Shown one piece after another: positions 50,463-59,296 of a stretch of 64,000 nucleotides of DNA. The notes under the pieces are model-generated. The model had not been told where the DNA came from. It saw nothing but the letters and a program-made list of their open reading frames with translations, and did no database searches. Within the stretch, counting starts at the first letter, position 1, and every line of letters begins with the position of its first letter. The stretch spans positions 72,352 to 136,351 of the forward strand of contig DATAKL010000044.1 in NCBI GenBank assembly GCA_036261625.1, given 5' to 3'. A program made the translations under genes and the position numbers. This stretch comes from Ignavibacteriales bacterium. GTDB taxonomy: Bacteria > Bacteroidota > Ignavibacteria > Ignavibacteriales > SURF-24.

Positions 50463-53323
50463 TGAAAAAAATTATTCTTCTTTTATTCTTTTTGTCTGCA
50501 GCTTTAGCCACTATATCTGCGCAGCCAGGCCAGGCGACGCTTAAATCCGAAGCGTTGAAGCAGATACAGGCAGGCAGCTTTGGCGAGGCCATAGACCTGC
50601 TGAACAAATACATTTCTGCTTATCCACACTTGTCCGACGGTCTGAATCTGCGCGGCTACTGCTTTGAAAAAAGAGGACAGTATGGCGATGCCGTGCTGGA
50701 CTACAAACGTGCACTTATGATAAGTCCCAATAATTCCGAAATACAGAAAAATCTCTCGCGGGCAGAAACTGTGTGGCATTCTCTCTTAAATAGAAAGATT
50801 GAAGGCTATAAAAGGGAAATTGCCATTAACCCGCAGAACGCTGTAAACTACCTTGAGATCGGCAAGTGTATGAAAGACCTGGGAAGGTGGGCTGATGCCG
50901 AAGTCTGGTACGATGACTACCTCAAACGAGAGGCTGCTTCTCCGGATGAAATTATTAGATACAGCGAAATTCTGGCCCATAACAATCAGCTCGTCAAGGG
51001 GGAGAAAGTCCTCAAAAGCTATACTGAACATTATCCGAATGATCACAGGCTCTGGAGCCGATACGGATTCTTTACAATGTGGCTCGGCAAGTTTAAGATT
51101 GCAATTAAAGCCTTTGAAAATGCACTCGCAATTAAACCTTTCTTCAAGGAAGCACAGGACGGACTCGACCAGGCAAAAGGACAGGCATATACTTTTGAGT
51201 GGACAGACACAACGGCCAGGCACAGGCGGAATCAGCCCGTTAAGGAATATGCAATTGACAGGTACTACAGAATCATCAGGAAAAAGCCATCAGATGAAAA
51301 AACCCGCTTCCTGCTGATTGATGAACTCGTTAAGGTAAAAAGATATGAGGAAGCTTACCAGCAGCTCCAGGTCCTCTCTAGAACTCACACCGATGACGAG
51401 AAATTCCAGCAGCTTTATGACAATGTTACTGCCACCAGGGATAGCCTAATGCAGATCAAAATTGAAAGCTATAAAGCCCGTATTGAAAAGAACCCTAAAG
51501 ATAAGGCAGCCGTAATGGCTCTTGCCGACAGCTACAGCGGACTTTTTGATTATGACAGCGCAGTTAAGGTGCTCGAAGACTATCTTGCTGCCTCAGGCAG
51601 TGAAGAGAACAATGACGTCAGGTTCAAAATAGCGCAGTATGCCGGATGGAACAGGGATTTCGGAAGATCCCTGGAGCAGGTTAACTTCCTTCTCGGGAAA
51701 GATCCTGATAACCTAAAATACCAGCTCTTAAGATCACAGCTTGCCGTATGGACAAGCCAGGACTACGATATAGCTGAAAAACTTCTGGGAAATGTGGTCC
51801 GGAAGGAACCTGAGAACATAGACGCACTGCTGGCCTTTGGAACGCTCAGGACAAACCAGGAAAAATTTGACGAGGCAAAGAAATACCTGGATCTGGCCCG
51901 CCAGGTCGATTCCACGAGCAAATATGTGGAACAGCTTGATGCTTACCTCTCCGGTCAGATATCCAGAGCCGAGGAAAGAAAAATATTTGAGATTTTGGAG
52001 GAGGGAAGAAAAATTCTCGTTGAGACTCACGACTGCGAGCAGGCTCTTCAGAAATACGACGAGTATTATTCCAAAGCCACTGTAAACCGGCTTTTCCTCC
52101 TGGAATATGCAGAAGTTTATGCATGCGTTAAAAACTATCCGAGGGCTATTGAACTCTACACACAGGCCTTAAACGAGGAATACAGCTTTGATGGGGCTTA
52201 TGGAAGGGCAAAGGCATACCTCTGGGGAAAAGACTCTCTGAATGCACTCATTGAGTTTAAGAAACTTGCCCAGGAGGCCCCAGATAACTTTGAAGTTCAT
52301 ATGCTCCTTGGCGACTCGTATCTGGAAATGCACCAGTATGATGAGGCCAGAGCTGTTTACGACAGTCTGATGGAAAGGACGACTGACTCGGCTCAGGTGG
52401 CACTTCTTAAGCCAAGATTCAGCTGGATACCCTCTTCGGGGTTCGGAGCGTTTTTTGCAACTTTCCCGAACTATATCGGGCTGGCCCCTCAGTTTAACTA
52501 CTATTCCGATAATATGAACCTGAGTTTTCAGAACTCGGGAGCAAGGCTTGAACTGGGACTCACAAGCATTATATCGGCCGGGGTGACTTTTACCCGCGGA
52601 AGCCTCAGTTCAAGAACCGCATCGCGAAACTATTCGACTCTCGAGGGAAGTCTTTACTTCAGGCTTTCGCGCTACATGATTCTGTCAGGCGGCTATGGAA
52701 ATATGACATACAAAGGGACACGCAATACACCTGTTTCCGATGCAAGCCTGCGTTACGACAGGGAGAATAAAGACAACCAGATCAACATTAACGCAATCTA
52801 TCAGAGAACTGATGCCGGTATTATACTTTTTTCAACGCGTCTTATTGATTACAGGATTCAGTCAGATTTATTCCGCTTTAACGGAAGCTTTAAGAAGAAA
52901 AACGGTCTTAAACTCTCAGGCATGTTCGACTACCTGAAGCTCTCAGACGGCAATGCAGCCAACGACCTGCAGCTAAGGCTCGGCAAGGCTTTTGAAGAGG
53001 ATATTACAGTCGGCTACGAATATGCCTACTCTAACTATTCCAGGAAGAGCAACTATTACTATTCACCCAAAAACTTTGAATCGCACAGCCTCTGGGGAGA
53101 ATGGATGCTTGCGAAGAGTTCGGAGCTCCAGTTAACGCTCGGCGCAAAACTGGGCTACGTTCCGATGAGCGATTTTATTACGAGGGAGATTTCAGCCTCG
53201 GCTGACTACAAGATCTTCGGCTCGCTGACCATAATGGGAAGGCTTACAGCCGGCGGAACATACCGCTACGACGCCCAATATAACTACGTCTCAGGCACAG
53301 TTTCAGCTTTCTGGTCGCTCTGA
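50462..53323 (+). CDS. Outer-membrane protein: signal peptide + about 640 aa of TPR repeats + about 300 aa C-terminal beta-barrel-like domain
   Basis: Signal peptide MKKIILLLFFLSAALATISAQ. Many TPR-like repeats. The C-terminal third has alternating hydrophobic/polar strands rich in Y/G/S/N and ends SAFWSL. The ATG overlaps the stop of the upstream gene (TGATG). Confidence 0.65.
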   Translation: MKKIILLLFFLSAALATISAQPGQATLKSEALKQIQAGSFGEAIDLLNKYISAYPHLSDGLNLRGYCFEKRGQYGDAVLDYKRALMISPNNSEIQKNLSRAETVWHSLLNRKIEGYKREIAINPQNAVNYLEIGKCMKDLGRWADAEVWYDDYLKREAASPDEIIRYSEILAHNNQLVKGEKVLKSYTEHYPNDHRLWSRYGFFTMWLGKFKIAIKAFENALAIKPFFKEAQDGLDQAKGQAYTFEWTDTTARHRRNQPVKEYAIDRYYRIIRKKPSDEKTRFLLIDELVKVKRYEEAYQQLQVLSRTHTDDEKFQQLYDNVTATRDSLMQIKIESYKARIEKNPKDKAAVMALADSYSGLFDYDSAVKVLEDYLAASGSEENNDVRFKIAQYAGWNRDFGRSLEQVNFLLGKDPDNLKYQLLRSQLAVWTSQDYDIAEKLLGNVVRKEPENIDALLAFGTLRTNQEKFDEAKKYLDLARQVDSTSKYVEQLDAYLSGQISRAEERKIFEILEEGRKILVETHDCEQALQKYDEYYSKATVNRLFLLEYAEVYACVKNYPRAIELYTQALNEEYSFDGAYGRAKAYLWGKDSLNALIEFKKLAQEAPDNFEVHMLLGDSYLEMHQYDEARAVYDSLMERTTDSAQVALLKPRFSWIPSSGFGAFFATFPNYIGLAPQFNYYSDNMNLSFQNSGARLELGLTSIISAGVTFTRGSLSSRTASRNYSTLEGSLYFRLSRYMILSGGYGNMTYKGTRNTPVSDASLRYDRENKDNQININAIYQRTDAGIILFSTRLIDYRIQSDLFRFNGSFKKKNGLKLSGMFDYLKLSDGNAANDLQLRLGKAFEEDITVGYEYAYSNYSRKSNYYYSPKNFESHSLWGEWMLAKSSELQLTLGAKLGYVPMSDFITREISASADYKIFGSLTIMGRLTAGGTYRYDAQYNYVSGTVSAFWSL

Positions 53324-53349
53324 GATCAATTAAATCAGAACTTTTCATG

Positions 53350-53386
53350 AAAAAGCCGGTTACCTCAGAGGGCGCCGGCTTTTTTT
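53350..53386 (+). terminator. Rho-independent terminator after the TPR/barrel gene
   Basis: AAAAGCCGG...CCGGCTTTTTTT, a GC stem with a large loop and a T-run. Confidence 0.6.
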
Positions 53387-53420
53387 AGTTCTCATTATTT
53401 TTACCTCGCATCCTGACAAC

Positions 53421-53535
53421 CTGATCCCTGATGTCTCCTGATCCCAGATGTCTCCTGATCCCAGATGTCTCCTGATCCCTGATGTCTCCTGATCCCAGAT
53501 GTCTCCTGATCCCAGATGTCTTCTGATCCCTGATT
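53421..53535. repeat. 17-bp tandem repeat, about 6.8 copies, with a 51-bp higher-order period
   Basis: The unit CTGATCCC[T/A]GATGTCTC repeats head-to-tail. The variable base follows T,A,A,T,A,A,T. There are no spacers. Confidence 0.95.
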
Positions 53536-53624
53536 ACTCCTTCTGAATCGGCTTTTCATTAGAAATAATTTTGTGCTATATTATAATTATGCATCAATAT
53601 TACCCTTTATTATAGGAGACTTAA

Positions 53625-53816
53625 ATGCAGAATGAAATCAGAAATAAATTTTTCTGGACATGGCTGACCAGCATTATAATCGGCATAATACTAATATTAA
53701 GCATCTTTTTTATGGAAGAAAGACACAACAGCGCCCAGCCCTCAACACAAGGCACTGCCGGCACAAACCCGCAAAGTATTCAGAAACAGGATTCAGTGGG
53801 GCAGATCAGCAAGTAG
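53625..53816 (+). CDS. Hypothetical small single-TM protein (63 aa)
   Basis: AGGAG RBS 8 nt upstream. One TM segment (FFWTWLTSIIIGIILILSIFF) and a polar Q/S/T-rich tail. Confidence 0.45.
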   Translation: MQNEIRNKFFWTWLTSIIIGIILILSIFFMEERHNSAQPSTQGTAGTNPQSIQKQDSVGQISK

Positions 53817-53878
53817 AGTCTGTTTTTTAAGGTTAAGTTCTGAATGTTATTCTCAGCTAAAAGAGGAGAAACTATGCT

Positions 53879-54082
53879 ATGAAGCCGATATGGTTTTTTG
53901 TCGGACTGCTCCTATTGGTAATGGGGCTGATTATTCTTGCAGCCGGAATATACTATATCTTTCATCCTGAAGATAACACTACTGTTCTCAGACAGTTACA
54001 TCCGGCCATTTGGTGGGGCGGCCTTATGACTGCCTCGGGCATACTGTTTGTACTGGTAAATAAAAACAAAGTAGTGCAGTAA
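53879..54082 (+). CDS. Hypothetical small two-TM protein (67 aa)
   Basis: GAGGAG RBS upstream. Two clear TM helices. Confidence 0.5.
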   Translation: MKPIWFFVGLLLLVMGLIILAAGIYYIFHPEDNTTVLRQLHPAIWWGGLMTASGILFVLVNKNKVVQ

Positions 54083-54293
54083 CTTCCGGATAGAGTAAAG
54101 GTTACGGGTACTTCTGTTTTAGTTCCGTATCAAATTAACCTTTCCCCAGGGAAAAAGGGGGCTTCTGTAATAAACTTTTCAAAAGCTGCTCCTGACTGCC
54201 GGTTATTCAATTGTGGATTGCTTGTATTTAAGGAATCAGTAAGTTATTATTGGTGAATATCTTTCTTTTCTGCCGGATTATCCAAAGGATGAG

Positions 54294-56417
54294 GTGGGAC
54301 ATTTAATAAGAAATATATTGCTGATATGGCTCCTGGCATCTGCTTCGGCAGCTGCTCAGAGTATGCCTGCAGGAGAAAACTCTTTTTACTTAAAAGGACT
54401 GGAGTGCCTTAAACACCACGACTCAGAAGGAGCGGAGCATATGTTTAAGGAATCCGTAAAAGAGTTTTCCGATGCCCCCTCTATGTTTGAGCTTGCAAAG
54501 CTCTACCGCGATAAGAACACCATCTCGGGGCGCGACCGCGCAAGAAGCCTTATACAGAAAGCCATCTGGAAAGAGCCTAAGAATATTGAATACAGAATGC
54601 TCCAGGCATCTTTAATGGAAAAGTTCGGCCTTAAGATGGCCTTTGACATCTACGAGGAGATTACTGAAGTTGACAGCACGTGTGCCAGGGCATGGTTTAA
54701 TATGGGAAAGATCAAAGAGGCCGATTTTAATGAGTACCATAATTCGGTTTTTATGGATAATTACAGCGACCCGCTCCTGAGTTACGAAAAATTTGCAATG
54801 GAAGATATGCAGGAGGCTGAAGGCTGCTTCAGGAAAGCCCTGCGTTTTGATCCCCGGAACCAGGAGGCAAGGCTTCATATGGCTTTTCTCTACGAGGACG
54901 CAGGACTTCCGGACAAGGCCATACCGCTCCTGGAGGAGATGATTAAAATTGATTCTTCAAATAAGGATGCACACCTCTATCTGGGACTGGTTTACTATAA
55001 AACCTCAAAGATTAAAAAATCCTACGCGGAGTATAAAAAAGCCTTAAGGTTCATGTCGTACAAAGAAGAGGTCGACTTTACATTTAACTCTGTAAAGGCT
55101 CTTCTGGAGCCTCTTTTGGGGGATGCCTATAAGAAATATTCCACGGATGAGTTAAAGGAGATTATTGATCTTTACTGGAGGGCTAACGACCCCTTAAATC
55201 TTACTGAATATAATGAACGTCTGCTGGAGCATTATTCCCGCGTAGCCTATGCAAACCTCCGGTTTACGACAAAGACGGACAGTACTCCGGGCTGGAAGAC
55301 TGACAGGGGGGAGGTTGTAATGCGCTATGGTGAACCATTAAGCCGCCTGCGCTATAGACCGCATCTGAATTTAGGCGAAAGGGCAACGATGAAAGTTAAG
55401 ACCGACGTCTGGATGTACAACGGACTTACATTCGGTTTTACAGATGAATATCTTTCGGGCAACTACCGCTTCAGCGTGCCTGAAATGGGCGGCATGTTCC
55501 TGCCTCAGTACGGCGGGGATTCACAAAGGCTGATGGATTATTTAAGAAAAGTAAAGTATGAGGACTATACTCCGAAGTACGACGGTCCGGCATTTAACAT
55601 GCCTTTCTATATAGCGCAATTCAAGAGCACGGGGGAGAAGACCGATATTGTTATCAGCTACGGGCTTTCTTTTCCTGACAGTATAGTTAAAGATATAAAG
55701 TTTTCCAGCAGTCACGACTACGGCATCTTCTTTACTGATAAGTATTATGAACCGGTCTTCCAGAAAAAAAGCAGCATGAGTAATGTTCCTGAAGAATGGA
55801 AAATCAGGCGCCCGGATGGAGAAATCTGCTACGTAAATGCCGTTTGCCTTTCAGCCTGGCCTGACTCCGGAATGATTGCGCTTGAAGTCTTAAGAAAAAT
55901 AGATAACGGCGTGGCTTCAAACCATAAACGCTTTAAGATCAGGCATTTTTATCCCGGTCAGTTTGCAATGAGTGATCTTCTTCTGGCTTCAAAAGCTGCA
56001 GCCGGAGACGCAGCGGGCGCTCCGGTAAAAAGAGGGGACATCAGCATAATTCCAAATCCGTTAAATGCTTTTTCAGACAGGGAAGATCTTTACCTTTATT
56101 ATGAGGTATATAATCTTGCATTGAATAAAGATCAGAAGACAGACTTTGAACAGAAGATCATTATCAGGAGTGCGGAAGAAGAGTCGGGAATAAAAAAAAT
56201 ATTTAGTGCGGTTACCGGTTTCTTAGGCTTCAGGAGCTCAAAGAAAGAGGTGTCGCTTACTTCAAGATATCAGACAGGTGATAAAGATCCTAAGATGTAC
56301 ATTCAGCTGGATATGAGTGAATATGAAGCGGGGGATTATTTTGTTGAGACAGTTATAAAAGATAACTTAAGTCAGAAGGAGACCAGAGCAGAAGCCATAC
56401 TGCACTGGCGGCAGTAA
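54294..56417 (+). CDS. GWxTD domain-containing protein with N-terminal TPR repeats
   Basis: Signal peptide, TPR region and the family-defining motif PGWKTDRGEVVMRYGEP. GTG start. Confidence 0.75.
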   Translation: MGHLIRNILLIWLLASASAAAQSMPAGENSFYLKGLECLKHHDSEGAEHMFKESVKEFSDAPSMFELAKLYRDKNTISGRDRARSLIQKAIWKEPKNIEYRMLQASLMEKFGLKMAFDIYEEITEVDSTCARAWFNMGKIKEADFNEYHNSVFMDNYSDPLLSYEKFAMEDMQEAEGCFRKALRFDPRNQEARLHMAFLYEDAGLPDKAIPLLEEMIKIDSSNKDAHLYLGLVYYKTSKIKKSYAEYKKALRFMSYKEEVDFTFNSVKALLEPLLGDAYKKYSTDELKEIIDLYWRANDPLNLTEYNERLLEHYSRVAYANLRFTTKTDSTPGWKTDRGEVVMRYGEPLSRLRYRPHLNLGERATMKVKTDVWMYNGLTFGFTDEYLSGNYRFSVPEMGGMFLPQYGGDSQRLMDYLRKVKYEDYTPKYDGPAFNMPFYIAQFKSTGEKTDIVISYGLSFPDSIVKDIKFSSSHDYGIFFTDKYYEPVFQKKSSMSNVPEEWKIRRPDGEICYVNAVCLSAWPDSGMIALEVLRKIDNGVASNHKRFKIRHFYPGQFAMSDLLLASKAAAGDAAGAPVKRGDISIIPNPLNAFSDREDLYLYYEVYNLALNKDQKTDFEQKIIIRSAEEESGIKKIFSAVTGFLGFRSSKKEVSLTSRYQTGDKDPKMYIQLDMSEYEAGDYFVETVIKDNLSQKETRAEAILHWRQ

Positions 56418-56623
56418 ACTTTCCCATGGCAGTAAACTTTCCCATGGCAGTATATCTTCCCGCAGTTTGATTTACATCACTTCAGTTAAAAAGCTGAATA
56501 ATTTTATTTTGAAAAGACCAGGGTTTATTTGATTCTTATATCCCTTTTTAGTATCAATACCTTAGATACTCACCTAAAACCGCATTTTTCTAAAATGATC
56601 CGATTTTTAAGGCAATAGTAACT

Positions 56624-57250
56624 ATGATTATTTTAATCCTGATCTTCTTAGTCTTTCAGCCTCCGGCAGTATATTCACAGTCCGCCAAAGAGTTTCTTCA
56701 AAGAGGAACCGTTCTCTTTGAAAAAGGCGACCTGAAAAGGGCAATTGACCGGTTTTCAAGATCGATCGAGATGGATTCAGCACTCTCAGAGGCTTACATC
56801 AAAAGGGGCGACTCAAAACGAATGCTTGAGGACTATAAGGGGGCAGTTGAGGACTATAATAAGGCCCTGCTCCAGAAAAAAGATGACTTCAGGGGATATT
56901 TTAAGAGAGCAATTGCAGAATGCCTAATGAAGAATTACCAGGATGCCTTAAAGGACTATAATACTGCAGTAAAATTAAAGCCCAATAATGCTGAAGCTAT
57001 TTTCGGCCGCGGATGCACAAAATACCTAATGAAGGATTTTGAAGGAGCAATAAGCGACTTTTCGGAAGCCCTGGAATTAAATTCCGCTAATGAGCTCATT
57101 GCATTCAGCCGGGGGGCGGCTAAGGAAGAAACAGGCGATATTACGGGTGCTGTTTCGGACTATAAGCTTGCAGCTTCCTTAAACCCCCGGTTTAAGGTAA
57201 CCGACTACTTTATAAAGAGAGCTGAAGGAAGACTAAAACCTGAAAAATAA
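56624..57250 (+). CDS. Secreted TPR-repeat protein (208 aa)
   Basis: Signal-like N-terminus. About five tandem 34-aa TPR units (A..Y..A..L.P....A...RG pattern). Confidence 0.7.
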   Translation: MIILILIFLVFQPPAVYSQSAKEFLQRGTVLFEKGDLKRAIDRFSRSIEMDSALSEAYIKRGDSKRMLEDYKGAVEDYNKALLQKKDDFRGYFKRAIAECLMKNYQDALKDYNTAVKLKPNNAEAIFGRGCTKYLMKDFEGAISDFSEALELNSANELIAFSRGAAKEETGDITGAVSDYKLAASLNPRFKVTDYFIKRAEGRLKPEK

Positions 57251-57488
57251 CCGTGCCTTTTTCCTCAAAACTCGTCTGCTATCCTAATAAGGAATCTCCG
57301 GATATTTTTGACCCTCCTTTATCAGTGTGCCAAAATGTGATAGCTATCATTTGTTTTTATCATTATGAGACACCTGTAAAAAGAAACGTTAAAAAAATGT
57401 GCTCTAAATCAACAAAATCGCGCTGTTTTACTTTGGCACTCAATTTGGATTTCCTTTAGTCCAATTAAATATTACAAATGGTGGAGAA

Positions 57489-59093
57489 ATGTTCAGAGAT
57501 ACTTTTCACGAAAACAAATTACTTGACACTTTAGTTTTCCCGATTCTTGACTCAAGCGAAATCGGAATCTGCATAATAGGGAAAAACGGCATCATTCACG
57601 AAATCAATGACGCTTTCATAAAGCTCTTCGGTTACAGCAGAAGTGAAGTGCTGAACAAGCATTTTTCCACCATCATCATGGAAGAGAATAGGGAATATTC
57701 TCTCAAACAGCACCAGGATTTTATGGAAAACGGCTACTTCGATAAAAGAGAAGTACTCCTGAGGCGAAAAAGCGGACAATTCTTCTTTGCACAGCTTACC
57801 GATCTGAAGATCAACGATGAAGCAGGCAATCTCTACAGAATAACTACATTTCTGGATGTTACAGAAAAGAAGCACAATGATCTGGTTAAGTCGATCCTGG
57901 GCAAGCTCCCCTCTGAGGCCGAAGTGGCAGATACTTTCGAGTCGATGTTCAGAATAGTTCATGCTTCAACTGAACAGCTCATGCCTGCCTGCAACTTTTA
58001 TGCTGCCCTCTGCGACGAAGGCGGCGATACCGTCAGTTACCTTTATAAAGCAAATGAGCTCTTTGACGCTGAGAACGATAAAAGAAATACCAGGCTTTAT
58101 GATGAGCTGATCCGATATACGTTTAACAGCGGGAGACCGGTTCTCCTGAAGGGTGAAGACCTGAAGAAACTCTTTGAAGAGAAACTTCCTGACGAGGATT
58201 TAATGCCGAGAGTTGTACTGGGAGCAGTCCTTAAAATCAAAGGGAAAAATGCAGGAGTAATCATCCTTCCCAACTTCGAGGATAAGAATGCCTTCAACGA
58301 ATGCCATCTCTCAGTAATAGGGCGCCTTTCGGAAACGGTTTCAGCAATAATGGAAAGAAGAAAGTATGAAGAGCAGCTTACAATTACTATAGAGAAAGCT
58401 GAAGAATCCAACAGAATGAAGACCGCTTTTCTGGCACAGATGTCGCATGAAATCAGGACTCCAATAAACACAATACTTTCCTTTACTTCGCTTCTGAAGG
58501 AAAAATGCGAAGGCATTCTTGAAGAAGAGTTAAAGGAAAGCTTTAACATAATTGAAAGCGGTGGCAGAAGACTAATAAGGACTATAGATATGATCTTAAA
58601 TATGTCGCAGCTGCAGAGCGAATGCCTGGACTTAGAGCCCCAGGAACTGGATCTTTCAACAGATATCATTGCCCCTGTAATGAAGGATTTCTACGCCTCT
58701 GCAAAAGCAAAAAACCTGAGCTTCTCGTTTAATAATCAGGTGGTGGGCGAAAAGGTCGTTGGCGACCAGAGTACAATAAGACAGATATTCGAACAGCTCA
58801 TTGACAATGCCATTAAGTATACCAGAACAGGCAAAGTTGAAATTACACAACACCTTAATTCCATGGGAAGGGTCTGTGTGGCAGTTAAGGATACAGGCAT
58901 TGGAATTTCAAAGGAGTATATGCCGAAACTCTTTACCGCATTTTCACAGGAAGAGATGGGCTACACAAGAAGGTTTGAAGGCAACGGCCTCGGCCTTGCA
59001 ATGGTGAAAAAATATGCCGAGCTGAATAACGCAATGATTATGGTGGAAAGCGAAAAAGGGCAGGGGGCAACTTTTACGGTAGTTTTTCCTTAA
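57489..59093 (+). CDS. Cytoplasmic sensor histidine kinase (PAS - GAF-like - HisKA - HATPase_c)
   Basis: PAS block (GICIIGKNGIIHEINDAFIKLFGYSRSEVL), GAF-like middle region, H-box FLAQMSHEIRTPIN, N/G boxes DNAIKYT, DTGIGI and GNGLGLAMV. No TM segment and no adjacent response regulator. Confidence 0.85.
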   Translation: MFRDTFHENKLLDTLVFPILDSSEIGICIIGKNGIIHEINDAFIKLFGYSRSEVLNKHFSTIIMEENREYSLKQHQDFMENGYFDKREVLLRRKSGQFFFAQLTDLKINDEAGNLYRITTFLDVTEKKHNDLVKSILGKLPSEAEVADTFESMFRIVHASTEQLMPACNFYAALCDEGGDTVSYLYKANELFDAENDKRNTRLYDELIRYTFNSGRPVLLKGEDLKKLFEEKLPDEDLMPRVVLGAVLKIKGKNAGVIILPNFEDKNAFNECHLSVIGRLSETVSAIMERRKYEEQLTITIEKAEESNRMKTAFLAQMSHEIRTPINTILSFTSLLKEKCEGILEEELKESFNIIESGGRRLIRTIDMILNMSQLQSECLDLEPQELDLSTDIIAPVMKDFYASAKAKNLSFSFNNQVVGEKVVGDQSTIRQIFEQLIDNAIKYTRTGKVEITQHLNSMGRVCVAVKDTGIGISKEYMPKLFTAFSQEEMGYTRRFEGNGLGLAMVKKYAELNNAMIMVESEKGQGATFTVVFP

Positions 59094-59109
59094 ATTTAAT
59101 GCACTGACA

Positions 59110-59156
59110 AAAAAAACGGGCGGACTCTGAGTAATGACAGAGCCCGCCCGTTTTTA
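59110..59156 (+). terminator. Rho-independent terminator after the histidine kinase gene
   Basis: Long stem ACGGGCGG.CTCTG / CAGAG.CCGCCCGT flanked by an A-run and a T-run. Confidence 0.85.
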
Positions 59157-59296
59157 TTTTTAAAACGGCTTCACTTTGAGAGTGATTTAAGTTATTTTTG
59201 CTGATTATTATACATTCTTTTTTAGAAACATTTACTGTTAAAATTCAGTATAAGAAGCATTCAATAATTCTGTTTTGCTTTCTCGAGGTTGCTAAT

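Noticed and set aside
53421-53535. Could the regular repeat array be a CRISPR array?
   Set aside because: The units are only 17 bp and directly abut one another with no unique spacers. No cas genes are in the window.
56410-56461. An 18-bp direct duplication GGCAGTAAACTTTCCCAT x2 (plus a degenerate third copy) spanning the GWxTD gene stop codon.
   Set aside because: This is a real repeat, but it looks like a simple local slippage duplication of the gene's 3' end. It does not change the reading frame outcome, because the first copy already contains the TAA.
57253-57459. A 68-aa ORF in the gap upstream of the histidine kinase gene.
   Set aside because: It has no RBS, starts 2 nt after the preceding stop, and has an odd composition (C/F/K-rich) with no recognisable family. 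It is probably a non-coding leader or promoter region.
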